Assembly (NCBI GenBank): GCA_051294375.1
Contig: CM119263.1
Location: forward strand, 14,807,574 to 14,871,573
Origin: Paraspadella gotoi
Taxonomy: Eukaryota; Animalia; Chaetognatha
Direction: 5' to 3'
Length of the DNA stretch: 64,000 bases
Positions within the stretch are counted from its first letter, which is position 1; each line of letters opens with the position of its first letter. Position numbers and translations under genes: made by a program. The notes under the pieces are model-generated. The model worked only from the letters and a program-made list of their open reading frames with translations, was not told the origin of the DNA and ran no database searches. This document shows, piece by piece, positions 1 to 11,855 of this stretch.

Positions 1-1762
1 CAAAGAATAATAGGCGGCACGAGTTTAGACGGTCGTCGGCATACGGTAATTAGTCGGGGCGGGCGAACTCGCTGTAAAAAAAAGGTGGTGTTTTTGATGA
101 GGCTGGAGATAGCGGAGGAACATCCCAGCGAAGAAGACAAAGAAATACTGAAGGAATCTCGCTGACTGAGTTGGAATTTCTTTTTTCCGTCGGAGAGGGA
201 GGCTCGAAAAATTGAGGATTTCGTTGGGTTGGTTTTTTAGTTGAAAGTTATTTTATACGGTAATCCGTCGTCGTCGTCGTCGTCGTCGTGTCGTCTGTCA
301 TATTTGTTTTCTTTTTGTCTGAGAAGCAGATTGGCGATAAAACGGTTGACGACCTTCGCTCACGTCAATGGTCGCTTTTCTGCGTCACCGCTCGAAACTA
401 TAAAGGCCGCAGATAAGGTTCTCTGACGCAACTACAAGAAATAATAAGCGACGAGGAGCTTTTTGCAGAAGAATGTTTTCAAAAGAAAGTGCCGCTCGAA
501 AAAAAAGCTCGACGAGAACCGTGAGCGAAACGTCCGTTGCAAAAGTGGCAAAAAAAAAATATCAGTTGGCCGAAGAGCGTGTTGCTCCTTTCTTTCCGAT
601 TCCTTTGACCTTTTCCGACTTCTCTGGGCCTCTTTTTCCCTTTCTTGTTGACTCTTTCCCTGCGCAACCTTCTAAACTCGTCCTTTACTTTTGCCCTCCA
701 GCTCCTCTCACCTTCCCCTCCTCTTCTTTTCCACTTCTCCGAAAACGAAAAATACCATAAAATTGCCAACTCATTTTTCCGTTTCTGACCTCACGGTTTG
801 AAACGCATCTTCAAACCGATTTTCCTTTTCTCTTCCCCCATTTTTTTTTTCACTTTTCGAATACACACTCTTTTTTTTGCTCTTGTTCTTTCGTTGTGCA
901 AAAATACATACAAGATTCTTTCGGCCCTGAAGTGTCGCCTCGACCCAGGTTTATACCGAGAAAATTGCGGAGGAGTAGAAGCCAAAAGGGGATGACATCG
1001 GAGGCAAAGAGCCAAAAAGCTAAAAAGACAAATCTTAAAAATACAGAAACAAAAAAAAACAAAAAAAAAAAAAAGGAAATACTATCAAATACTAGCCTTA
1101 CTTATAGAACTCACAGCTAAAAAAGTGGTTTATTACCTTTAAATTTCCCTTTCAAAAGTTCACTCTGTCAAAACCCGTATGAAAAAAAATTCTGGAATTT
1201 AAAATTGGAAATAGATAAAAAAGTCAAATGAGTTGCAAAATATTATGGGGAGAGAAATTAGAACAAACAAGAAAATAAATAACCAACTAAGGTGCAGATG
1301 AAAAAATAAAAGAAAAATGACAAGTTGGCTGAAAGGAAAAAATGGAGGTTATTGCACAAACAATGGGAATGGGAAAAAAAAACCCCGTGAGTAAGAGAAA
1401 CGCTACTAACAGAGGTAGCTTCAGTCGTTCTGTCAGAATCTCATTTGCATTTGTCGTATTAATCATTTTTTTTAATAATTTTGTAGTTAACCGGTTGTGC
1501 TTTTTTCAATGTGAAATCTGGCGCGTGCTCGACGCAATCTTTGGCGTCTTTCTATAAAATTATTTGTTTTTTAAGAAACAAGAATAATTTGAACTGAAAA
1601 AAAAAATTATACGAAAACACAATAAATTATTTAGATGATCAAACGCTCAAATCTCTTTTAGAAGCTTTTTTACAGTTCAGTGACTCTTGTCCTCTAATTA
1701 ACGTAAAGATTATATTCACATTTTATTCATTTCCCTTTTTCCACCCATTACCCCTCGCACAG

Positions 1763-2121
1763 GCGTCCTCGCCTTGGTCTACCGATGTTCCAAAGACTTC
1801 ATCGAGGACTTCGACGCCCTCGAGCGCCTCAAGGCGCTGCGGGCGGAGGAAGACCCGGACTTCGACCTCGCCTCCGCCTACGACTTGGACGAGACGGCCT
1901 CTCGCGCCCAGTCGCGCGTCGAGAGCTTCTACGGACGAAGCCGGGCCGACAAGACGGAGACCGACTCTCAGTACAGCGAGGGGCCACCCATGGGTCGAAA
2001 TGCCGCCGCCGATGCCCCCCGCCCGCCCATCATAAGTTGGGGCGGTTATTTTGTAGAAAGGGCGGAGACGGTCGGCGTTCGTCCGCGATGTGAATCTACT
2101 GACGCGCGAACAGCGAATTAG
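1763..2121 (+). CDS. Probable terminal coding exon of an unidentified gene (hydrophobic stretch followed by an acidic tail); earlier exons not identified
   Basis: Pyrimidine tract plus CAG acceptor at 1760-1762; phase-1 frame reads GVLALVYRCSKDFIEDFDALERLKALRAEEDPDFDLASAYDLDE...; strong C/G third-position bias as in the other exons here. The 3' part and stop position are less certain. Confidence 0.6.
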
Positions 2122-2490
2122 ACTTTTGTAATAATCAATTACCTTGGCTCCAACTTCGTTAGAATTAAGCCCGATTGTACAATGCGTTTTGCTAAACCAT
2201 CAAACATTTTTTGAATACGAAAGGTAAGCACCTCGCACGTCGCAAGCAGACATCGTACTCTTTGCATATCACGCTAGGCAAAGCTTCCCGTCGAGGGTCC
2301 ATCACTCATTCACCCGCTCAGGTAAAGCGAGACGACTTTTCCCCCCCTTTTTCTTTTTCTTCGTTTTTTTCCTTTCCTCCCTCTGATTCCGGCAAAAGCG
2401 CGGAAGAAAAAGGAAGAGGAAAAACTTGAGCCGGGGGGATATTTGCATGCAAATATGGGACTGAGGGGGGAAGGATGTGGGGAACTGGGG

Positions 2491-2561
<71 letters not shown>

Positions 2562-2713
2562 AGAGAATCATCACCTGCTTTTACCACCTGTTTTTTCCCC
2601 TCTCTTTTTCCAATAGACATCCTGATTTGATCTCTCTGTGATTGGTTTTTTCAGGAAGGCTTGCATAAATGAGGAGACGCAGGGACTGGGCAGCAGATGA
2701 GAGAGAGAGAGAC

Positions 2714-2769
<56 letters not shown>

Positions 2770-4062
2770 GAGCTGAAATATTCTCTTGGTTATGAGAATA
2801 TGAACGAGACAGAGAGAATCTTCTCCCTATTTTCAGCTCCCCTGTCCAATAAAAACACTGATATCATCTCCCCATGGGTTGTTTTTCTTCCAAGCTCGCG
2901 GAAAGAAAGAGGAAGCACGAGCGAGAGAGGGAGAGGAAGTTGATAGAGAGCGAGGCAAACATAAAAGGTGCGGTCCTCGGCGGATGCTGAGGAGAAGAGG
3001 AAGGAGAGAGTGAGAGAGAAAAGATTAATGCTTTTCTATTTTTTTTTGGAGGGGGGGGAATTAGAAAAAGCATAAAAGGCGGGAACAACATTCAACATAT
3101 GTTATTATAAACGCACATTAAACGATATCGACAAAATCTTAGAACTAATTTCGTCCCAAAAAAGGAAGCAAAAAATGTGTTGCCCAGCCCCCCCCCCCTT
3201 TTGTAAACGATGCGCCGCGGCGCCATCGACGGCAGAAGGGGCCACTGGGCCAGCGAGGAGAAAAAAACGCGGAATGTCGATGCGAAGAAACAGCGAAACC
3301 GGTCTTCGTACAAAGAGATAAAAAAAAAAAGAAGAAGGGGGGGGAGAGAATGGGAGAGAGAGGAGAGAGCGAGGGAGGAGTATCGGGAAACCGAAAAACA
3401 GGGTCCGGCGTGCCCGGCGGAGTCCGGGTCTCTTCCTAATTGGGTCACTTCTTTCAGGGTGGAATCGCTCTCGTCGGGGCTCGTCGCCGATCAACGAGAT
3501 AGAAAACGCGTTCGTGGGGCGCGGAAGGGGGGTAAAAGGAGCAAGGGAGAGGGGGAAGAGGAGTCGGAGTAGCAGGCGGGATGATAGGAGGAGAAGAGAA
3601 GGGAGAACGGAAGAAAAAAAGCATTATTTAAAGTTTAAACTCTGGCTCTCTTCGGGGAATTAAATCTGAAAAAAGGATTACATCTTATCTTTTATATATA
3701 TATCTGGAAAAATATTGGAAAAAGTTCAGTTTGACGTTTGACATAGAACGTAGGACATTGGACTAGCAGGAACAGTTAACCGAATCGGAACCACTGAATC
3801 CGAGTCTCTTATCTCGAGTCTTCGCGGCGGACCCCTGTAGGGCCGGATCTAGACAACGGGGGTCCCAAGGGAGGGGGGGTTCGAAAAGGGAGAGTTACTT
3901 GGAGGGGGCGGGGGGGCGGGGTGGCGGTACCACTGGTAGCTCGTTCGTCGACACCGCAGGATCTTTCTCGCGGGGGGTTCTGGCAACCGGCGCCGGGCAA
4001 AGCAAATGTTGTACCTGGTTTCGACTCTCTGAACGTCTCTCAGTTGAGAGTTGGAGGAAAGA

Positions 4063-4093
<31 letters not shown>

Positions 4094-4534
4094 GGAGAGA
4101 GAGAGAGAGAGAGAGACGAGAGAGAGAGAGAGAGTGAGAGAACAGAGAGAGAGAGAAGTGGAAAAATGAAGAAAAGAAAGAGGATGGGATGAGGAAAAAC
4201 GATTGGAATGCGCGTCGGAGGTGGAAAAACGCCGGTGGTAAACTCGAAACGGAAGAAATGTATGAGGGTTGGGTCTCGGGTGCTGGTGCGCCATGGTGTG
4301 CGCCGTGGTGTGCGCCGTGGTGCGCCATGGTGTGAGGAAAGAACTCAGCCGAGTTGGTAGCCAACTTTTATGACAAGGTTGAGAAAACAAGGCCGGAGGA
4401 TCAAAGGAAACGGAAAGAAAAGGAAAGGGGGAAAGGCAAGGGAAAGCAAAGCGGGAGAGAGAAAAAAAATATTCAAAGGAGTACTAGATAAAGAGATACT
4501 GTGTGTGTGCGCGTATGTGTGCGTGTAAGAGGGG

Positions 4535-4607
<73 letters not shown>

Positions 4608-5234
4608 AGAGAAGAGAGAGAGGCGGAGGGATNNNNNNNNNNNNNNNNNNNNNNNNNAAAAAAAAAGATTCGATTGTGAGATAAGCTCGGAAAATTTATT
4701 AGAACGAAAAAATAAGATTAAAAGCTGAGGTCAGGCTCGGAATACGTAAGAAAGGTGAGGGATGGACAGAAGTGTGCGCCATTAGTGAGGACAAGGGTGG
4801 TAAGCGAGTAATAGGGGTGACAAAAGTAACTCGGTAATTCTTTTCATTAGTTAGAAATATAAGTCAGGGTTTTATTCGAACAGTCCGAAATATTATCTCA
4901 GGGAGCCCGAGGAAAAAATCAAGTTTACTTCGATTTGTTTTGACGAAAAGGGGGAAAATCCGTCTCTCTTTACTATTCATTCATTTCACTTAACACGTGC
5001 GGGCGTTGCCTTCCATTTATTGACGCTTTTTTGTACAAATTCTCTACGCCTTGGATCTGTAATTATCGTTGGATATATAATTTTGCAGCCTACATACTAA
5101 TAATGTCATGAAAACTTTGTTTTTATACAGGAATGTATGTATTAAACAATTGATTTTAAAACAAAAACTCGATCAAAAACAAAAGACTCTTTCCCTCTTC
5201 TAAGAATAAAAAAGAGGGGAAATTAAAAGGAACC

Positions 5235-5486
5235 ATGTCTCTCCCGGTCCTCTCTCCCGCCTCTAAATCTTCCTCCCTCTTCGTCCTCCTCTCCCGGACC
5301 CTCCCGCTCCTCGTCTTCCTCCTCCTCTTCCTCGTCGTGGTCTCCGACGCTGTGGTGGTCAGCAGTCGAAAGCCGCTCCACTGCTACAGATGCAACAGCG
5401 CCAACGACAAGCGTTGCGGCGACACCTTCGACAACACCACCATGTATTTGCATAGATGTCCGCCGGAGGCGACGATGTGCACCAAG
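5235..5486 (+). CDS. Ly6/uPAR three-finger protein, quiver/sleepless family (crooked-like), coding exon 1
   Basis: ATG 5235, hydrophobic signal segment, then CYRCNSANDKRCGDTFDNTT...C...TMCTK; donor AAG|GTGGGG at 5487, phase 0 (84 codons). Confidence 0.9.
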
Positions 5487-5892
5487 GTGGGGATTCTGTT
5501 TGCAGGAACTTAAACTTAAAGTCGAAAAAAAAAGTTAAATTTAAATAAAGTAAAAGTTGAAATAATAAATAAATAAAGCTGAGGTTGAAATAATAAAAAA
5601 ATTTTTTAGTTAATAATTTTTATAATAATTTTTTAAAATAGTTATTAATGATGATCACCTATCGCTCAATTATGAAATTTATACAATCTATCTAAAATTA
5701 ACCTTTCATTCAATATATAAGCTAACTTGCAAATGACTTTTGACAGGCTATGGGGTGTTCAAGCCTCCATCCCTTTTACAAGATAATGACAGATATAATA
5801 AACTCTGCAGAGTCTGCAGACTCTGCATGCTTTCAATCTTCACTAATGAATCCTCGACAACTCTCACCTTTTAATTCATCTCTCACTTTCAG

Positions 5893-6144
5893 GTCATCGT
5901 CTGGATCGAAGGTTTTCCGGAGCGCATCTACAGAGATTGCGCAATACACGGTCAAGTGGGATGGGACGAGGGTCGGTGGTGCGAAGCCCGAAAGGGGTCC
6001 TTCTGGTCGCGCGCCTGGTACTGTTACTGCAACGACAAGCACGGCTGCAACTCGGCGGAGGGTACTATCGCCAAGTCGGGGACTTTCGTGGCTACTGGGG
6101 TGGCGGCGATGGTGACTTTGGGGTTGGGATGGCGGTGGTCTTGA
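5893..6144 (+). CDS. Ly6/uPAR three-finger protein (crooked-like), coding exon 2
   Basis: Acceptor CTTTCAG| at 5892; VIVWIEGFPERIYRDCA...RWC...WYCYCNDKHGCN followed by a hydrophobic GPI-signal-like tail and TGA. Joined protein is 167 aa with 10 Cys. Confidence 0.9.
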   Translation, partial: VIVWIEGFPERIYRDCAIHGQVGWDEGRWCEARKGSFWSRAWYCYCNDKHGCNSAEGTIAKSGTFVATGVAAMVTLGLGWRWS

Positions 6145-6156
6145 CTCTTGAATTGA

Positions 6157-6162
6157 AATAAA
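6157..6162 (+). terminator. Candidate polyadenylation signal of the Ly6 gene
   Basis: AATAAA 12 nt after the stop, followed by TG/T-rich sequence. Confidence 0.4.
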
Positions 6163-7944
6163 ATTGTGTATTGTAAAATCGTAAAGTTTCCTTAGAGTTT
6201 CAAAGTTACTGTAAATTTGTGTGAGCGAAATGTCAAGTGCCTGCTAAATATTTAGAAGGTATTTCGGCGTTGTATGTGAATTTGTATATAAAATTTGAAA
6301 TAATACCGGAAATGTAAATCGTTGTACATACTTTAGATTCTGCTGTTTCACTTAAAAATTTGGGTTGACGTTATACCGTTTCGTTATTGTTGTTCGCTTT
6401 TTTTGTAAATAGAATATTTTCATAAAGTTAAAGACAATTTTTATTTCGTGAAATTTTTGTTAGGTAGTTGTGAATTGACGATTAAATCCTATTTCGATTT
6501 GTTTACCATTATAAAGTTTTTTCTCGTTCGTGCCTTTCAACTGGCGATCTTGTCACGTTTCTTTCTCTCATCCATTTCCATTTAATCCATTTTGGTAAAA
6601 GAGTTTGCGACTATCAGATCACACGACCGTTTTCTCACGTGACCAAATCAATAGACCGCTTGACCACAAAACCACATTTACGATTAAGTTTTAAATCTTA
6701 ACAAATTCGATATAAGCTTCGCTCGTTTACATCACATTCAATGAGATTCCCGAGTTGAAAGCCGAAATTTTAGAATCGAACTGAATAAAATTTTAAATAG
6801 AAAAGTTTTAAAATTTCATATTTCGCTTCTTTCCCTTTTCAAAACCTCAATTTTCCGCCCTGTAACAACTTTCGTTCCACAAAAGATTATTTTTCAGAAA
6901 CAGAAAAACCAAACGTAATAAGACGCCTACGCCGACTCGAAAATCCAACCCACGCCCGGAACGCTCACGAACGCGCAGAACCGCAAACAAACGCACGCAA
7001 AGCAAACTTTCTCCGCCCTCGCACGCAAATACAAATACAAGTGGCCGTGAATCTCGTGCACGCAGGCTCACAACACAAACGCGGCGTAACACGCAATCCG
7101 TCATTTCGCGCAGTGACGCGCGCGCACGCCCACAACACGCATTCCTCCAATTCTTTCTACTTCGCATCGCGTTCGTGGGTTCCTGCGAGAAGGAATTTGG
7201 ACGACAACAAAGAAGACGACGAAGACGACAGAAAAGGACGACGAAGACGACTAAAAAACGACGAAGACGATAACGACGAAGACGATAACGACGAAGATGG
7301 AGCGGGATAAAAGAACCATTAATTCTTCCTCCATATTCTCTCTCTCTCTCTCCCTCTCCCCCCACTCTCTCTCTCTCTCTCTCTCTCTCTGACGAGAAAT
7401 ATGACGACTGCGCCAGAATACTTAGAGAACGAGTCCGACGCCGACCGAGGACGGTGAAGAGTTCGAGTCTCTTCTCCGATTCGGTTCCCTATTCGTTACT
7501 TTCCCTTCGTTTCGTTGTGTTGATGAAGACCCGAAACAGATTCGAAACATGTCTGTTTTTTTAAGTCAAATAACATCGTTGTTGCAACAAAATAAATCTC
7601 TTTGCTAAAGTCGGTTCCTGAATTTAGGGCTAAAAAATTAATTAATGTAAAGATATTGAACGACTTAGGATTTACACGACGAATGAAGTCATACAATGTT
7701 CACATATCTATCAGTTATCAAGTACTCTAAGTTAAGGTATTTTTGAATATATTAATCGTATGTAAAACTGGTGACTCCACTTTTTTCTTCAAGGTCCAAA
7801 TTCTTTTGAGGGTGAACCGAAGTCAAATCGAGCTGATGACAAGAACGACGACGACGACGACGACAACGATGGATGTTCAGATGTTGTCAGACTTTTCGAG
7901 AAGACGCGTTTAATCGAAGAGCGAAGATTAGAAGGACTCGATTA

Positions 7945-8012
<68 letters not shown>

Positions 8013-8021
8013 AGTCGTCGT
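7945..8021. repeat. (GTC)n trinucleotide microsatellite
   Basis: More than 20 near-perfect GTC units. Confidence 0.95.
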
Positions 8022-8689
8022 CATTCATTTCGTGGGCTCGTGAGAAGAAGGGGAGAGCTTCAAGAGCTCCTATCGGTTAACTGGGGAGCATCAATTAGGT
8101 TTGGGTGGATGGCAGACATGATCACGACTCTCAGATGGATATCCTGACGTTTCTCCTGTTAAAAAGTTTGGCAATCATCTACGGTACATTATATTATTTT
8201 TTTATATTTCTGTATGAATTGCGATCCCTCTCTCAGATTTTGTTCACCAAAAAAAATTAAGGTTTAGTCTGACAGAGTGATAATTTGCGTGTATTTGTCA
8301 CCTGCACGCAATAAATCATAATTAAATTATAGAAAACATCAGATATTCTTTTTAGTTTATTTTACAAGTAATAATTTGGTTTTTATTTTTTGTTTTTCAT
8401 TCGCCTGTAGCGATTCTCTTTTTGGGTCAGCTCCCATTTTTCTTTCCTGTTTTTCAAACTTCCGATAAATAGTTTTATCGAAATTCCCGACTTAATTATT
8501 GTCGTTGCTTTCTTGCTTGTTCCTCTTGCTTTATTTTCCTTTCCGTTATTTTTGTTTAAACTTCTTTTTTTCCCGCCATTTCCGACTCGGGGCCCACCTG
8601 TTCATCCGTCACCTGCGCTCCGTCACGTCCCCAAATTTGTGACGTTATTGGAAAATGAGGGGAAGAGCGAAGGAGAAGACGACGGCGGG

Positions 8690-8794
8690 GTGATGAAGGA
8701 GTCTGCAGCGGCTACAGCGCACGCACGGTGATGAAGGGGGCTGCAGCGGCTACAGCGCACGCGCAGTGATGAAGGAGGCTGCAGCGGCTACAGC
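8690..8794. repeat. 38-bp tandem repeat, about 2.8 copies
   Basis: GTGATGAAGGRGKCTGCAGCGGCTACAGCGCACGCRCR starting at 8690, 8728 and 8766. Confidence 0.9.
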
Positions 8795-9847
8795 AAGCGG
8801 TTGAGGCCGTGAGGGTGTCGGCTTTGCCGTTGGGTGCAGCGACCTTGACTTTACCTAAAAGCCTATCGGGTCTCTAGTTTTCCCAAAAAATCACAGGTAA
8901 AGACCGCTGTGATTTTTGTTGTTGTCGACGTTGTAAAAGTTTAAAGGAAGCAAGAAAAATTTCCTCTTCGATTTCGAAAAAAAAAAAAATTGATCTTGAT
9001 GGTCGGGATGGAACGAAAGCCGGAAGCAATCTCCTCTTTAACTTACATTAAAACTTAACTTAAATATACGTAGAGATGGCCTGGCTGGGTCAATGGGTCA
9101 TCAGAGACACGGATTGGATCGGGATAGAAAAACCCTATATTTTCGTGAATATTTTCATGACAAAGAACAAAATGATAATTGAATGCAAAGACAAAATACA
9201 ACGATACAGCGATAAGTTGAAAAAAGTTTTTAAAAAAAATAATTAAAACAAATTATGAATTTGAAAAAAAGGGAATGATTGGGACACAAGTTGGAACCGA
9301 TTAGTCATACTAAGTTTAGGCTATTTTAAAAAAAGGCTTTGAGTAAATTTGGGAACAAACATCTTTTATTACAATGAGACTAGTTGATAACAATAATGAC
9401 ATGATGGAATGCATGAATTTTCAATAAAAACCTAAACTGACAAGGTAAATTTTTATATATTAATTGCTTTAAAACAAATTAATTATCGATGATTCGTCTA
9501 ATTTTTAATTTTGGGATCACTAATATGTAATTACTTACTTTCGGACGTTTGTATGTAGCACAAAACATAATATTATGCCTTGGACGCGCACGACAAATAA
9601 GAAAAAAAATATGTACAAAAAATCATTCAAACAAATCGACTTTCAAAAGGGGAGAATTTGTGAAAAATAAAAAAGTTAAAAAAAAAAAGAATCACCGTAA
9701 CACAAGTAAAAAAAAAGAATTTTTTGATGTAACATGATCGGCAATAAAGAGCGAAGTCTGCTGCTTCAAAACTTGTTGCTCCGACTCTCCACCAAAGAAC
9801 ATCAACCGCAACTCGATTATAATTCAGTTCGCTTTGGCTTTTTCCGC

Positions 9848-9881
<34 letters not shown>

Positions 9882-10526
9882 TATTTTTTTTTCTGCCTCT
9901 CGGCTTAAGTATTTCTTCTTTAACTTTAAGTACTTTTTTCCCTCAAGACTTTTTTTCCTTCAGCACTTCCACTCCCCCGTCGTCCTCCGCCTCCATTTTC
10001 TTTTTTCGCTTCTTTTCTATTCTCTCGCTCTCTGTCCCTGTCTCTCTCCCTCCTTCTCTTTTTCTATTTCTTTTCTATTTTCTTTTTCTATTTCTGGTCG
10101 CTACCCTTCGGTTCCACTCAACGTTGAGAAAAGTTTGGCTGCTCGGTGAGAGACGAATCAACTCCTGGACAACCCATCTAAAAAGAGAGAAGAATCTTTT
10201 CTCTGAAAGAAGAGGGGAAAAAAAAGAAAAAGTTTTTAAAAAAAAAATTTCTTTCGACTCGGAAAATCTCGTTGCTGAAAGTTTTAATCAAGCCTCGATT
10301 CAAGGCCGAGGATGATTACGATGATCGTAGAAAGTCATTTGTGGCTTTTGGAATTTTCAACCTAAAAAAAAACAAAAAAACTCGAAAATCGCAAAAGAAG
10401 AAAAAAATCGCCTCTCAACTTATTAAATAAAATTTTGTCGAAACCCCACGATGCAAACTGAATTCACGAAAAGCGAACATCTGGATGGGAACAATATTCT
10501 AACGACAAACAAACTGAACGTTCAAA

Positions 10527-10532
10527 TTTATT
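10527..10532 (-). terminator. Candidate polyadenylation signal of GIPC
   Basis: AATAAA on the - strand about 180 nt after the GIPC stop codon. Confidence 0.35.
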
Positions 10533-10709
10533 CAGAAAGGCCAAATAAAATAGTTTAACGTTTGATTCTTTTAAAAGCTTTCTAGCAAGAAATATCACTA
10601 AGCTAAAAGCGAAAATCCCCTTGAGGCCAGATTAGGACACAAAAAAAACAAAAACAAAAAACTGACCCTAAAAATAAACCTTGAAAAATAAAAAAATCCG
10701 ATCTCCGCC

Positions 10710-11020
10710 TCAAAATGCGGCTCCAAACCCGAAGCCCTCGTCGACGTCGTCGTTGGATCGATTGAGGCGTCCGGCTTTGGCGTCGGTGATGCAGCCCCAC
10801 AAGTCGAAGACGAGTTCGTCGGAGAATCCGAAGGCCCCGATGTCGGACTCGTCGAGGGCGACGGCGAAGTCGGACGGGTTCGCCTTTCCCGACCCCAACT
10901 CCCAGATCGTCTGCGCCAGTTCAATGTCGTTGATGCCCATGAAGGACTCCAGCAGAGAGTTGATCTTGTCCGTCGCCGCCGAGACCACCGCGTCAGGGGC
11001 CGCCTCCACCGTGGCAGGGC
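10710..11020 (-). CDS. GIPC: GIPC PDZ-domain protein, coding exon 7 (GH2 domain, stop)
   Basis: Long CT-rich tract then CAAG| acceptor; GPATVE...KINSLLESFMGINDIELAQTIWELG...FGFSDELVFDLWGCITDAKAGR is typical GIPC GH2. Confidence 0.93.
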
Positions 11021-11327
11021 CTTGAAGAGCAGCACACAGAGAGAGGAGGGAGAGAGAGCAGAGATGAGAGGGAGAAGATGAGAAAGAGTCGACCGAGAGA
11101 GAGAAGATGGAGAGAGAGAGGGGACAGAGAGAAAGAGTAGAAGAGGGAGAGAGGGAGAAGAAAGAGAGAGAGAGGGGAGAGAGATAAAGAGAGAGTAGAG
11201 AGAGGAGAAGAAAAAGAGAGAGAGAGAGAGAGAGAGATGAGAGAGATGGCCGGACAGAGCGGAGGAGTAAGAGAGTAGAGATGAAATATATTATAGAGAA
11301 GAGAGAAAGAGAGGAGGATAGAAGATA

Positions 11328-11367
<40 letters not shown>

Positions 11368-11743
11368 ATATAGAAAGTTAAGAATGAAAAAACTAAATTG
11401 CTCGGTTCTACTCGAATGTCCGTCCTTCCCCCAAAAAAACTATTTTTAGTCGAGACAAAATAGGATTTTGTTGTGAGTGTTTCTGTCTGTTTCTTCATAT
11501 CAATATTCAAGAGAACAATAACATGAATAATTTGAACTTGCTGTGACGAAAAAAAACAACAAAAAAACCTACAACAAAAATATTGCAGCAATTTTTTTAT
11601 AGTTTGTTTTTTTTCGATTCGTTAGTAAGAGATAGACGAAAAGTAAATCTTTATCTGTTTACAAAATAAACCGACGAATTTTGGCTAAGTTGTAAGCCTT
11701 CATTTTTTAAAAAAAATGCCAAAATATAATCTACGAGTCGACG

Positions 11744-11820
11744 TCTACTATGGAACGAGTTCAATGAGTCTCGCGAGAAGAATTAAATTCCTTCTCTTCT
11801 GCATTCAAAACCGTTCCGCC

Positions 11821-11855
<35 letters not shown>

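Noticed and set aside
2302-4728. Numerous SL/ER-repeat ORFs here and elsewhere (e.g. 29083, 32650, 59221)
   Set aside because: Translations of AG/CT and TTTC microsatellites.
7401-7944. Possible two-exon + strand gene (ATG 7401, acceptor about 7793)
   Set aside because: Joining the candidate splice sites gives an immediate stop, and there is no recognisable homology.
8690-8794. CRISPR-like or C/D snoRNA-like repeat (GTGATGA)
   Set aside because: Units are contiguous with no spacers, the context is eukaryotic, and there is no paired CTGA D box or terminal stem.
11021-11591. N-terminal 190 aa of the 293-aa ORF 10710..11591
   Set aside because: Translation of an intronic CT-rich tract; only 10710-11020 is GIPC exon.
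11769-11778. TCTCGCGAGA palindromic promoter motif
   Set aside because: Single intronic occurrence, not preserved in the duplicate copy, with no other promoter evidence.
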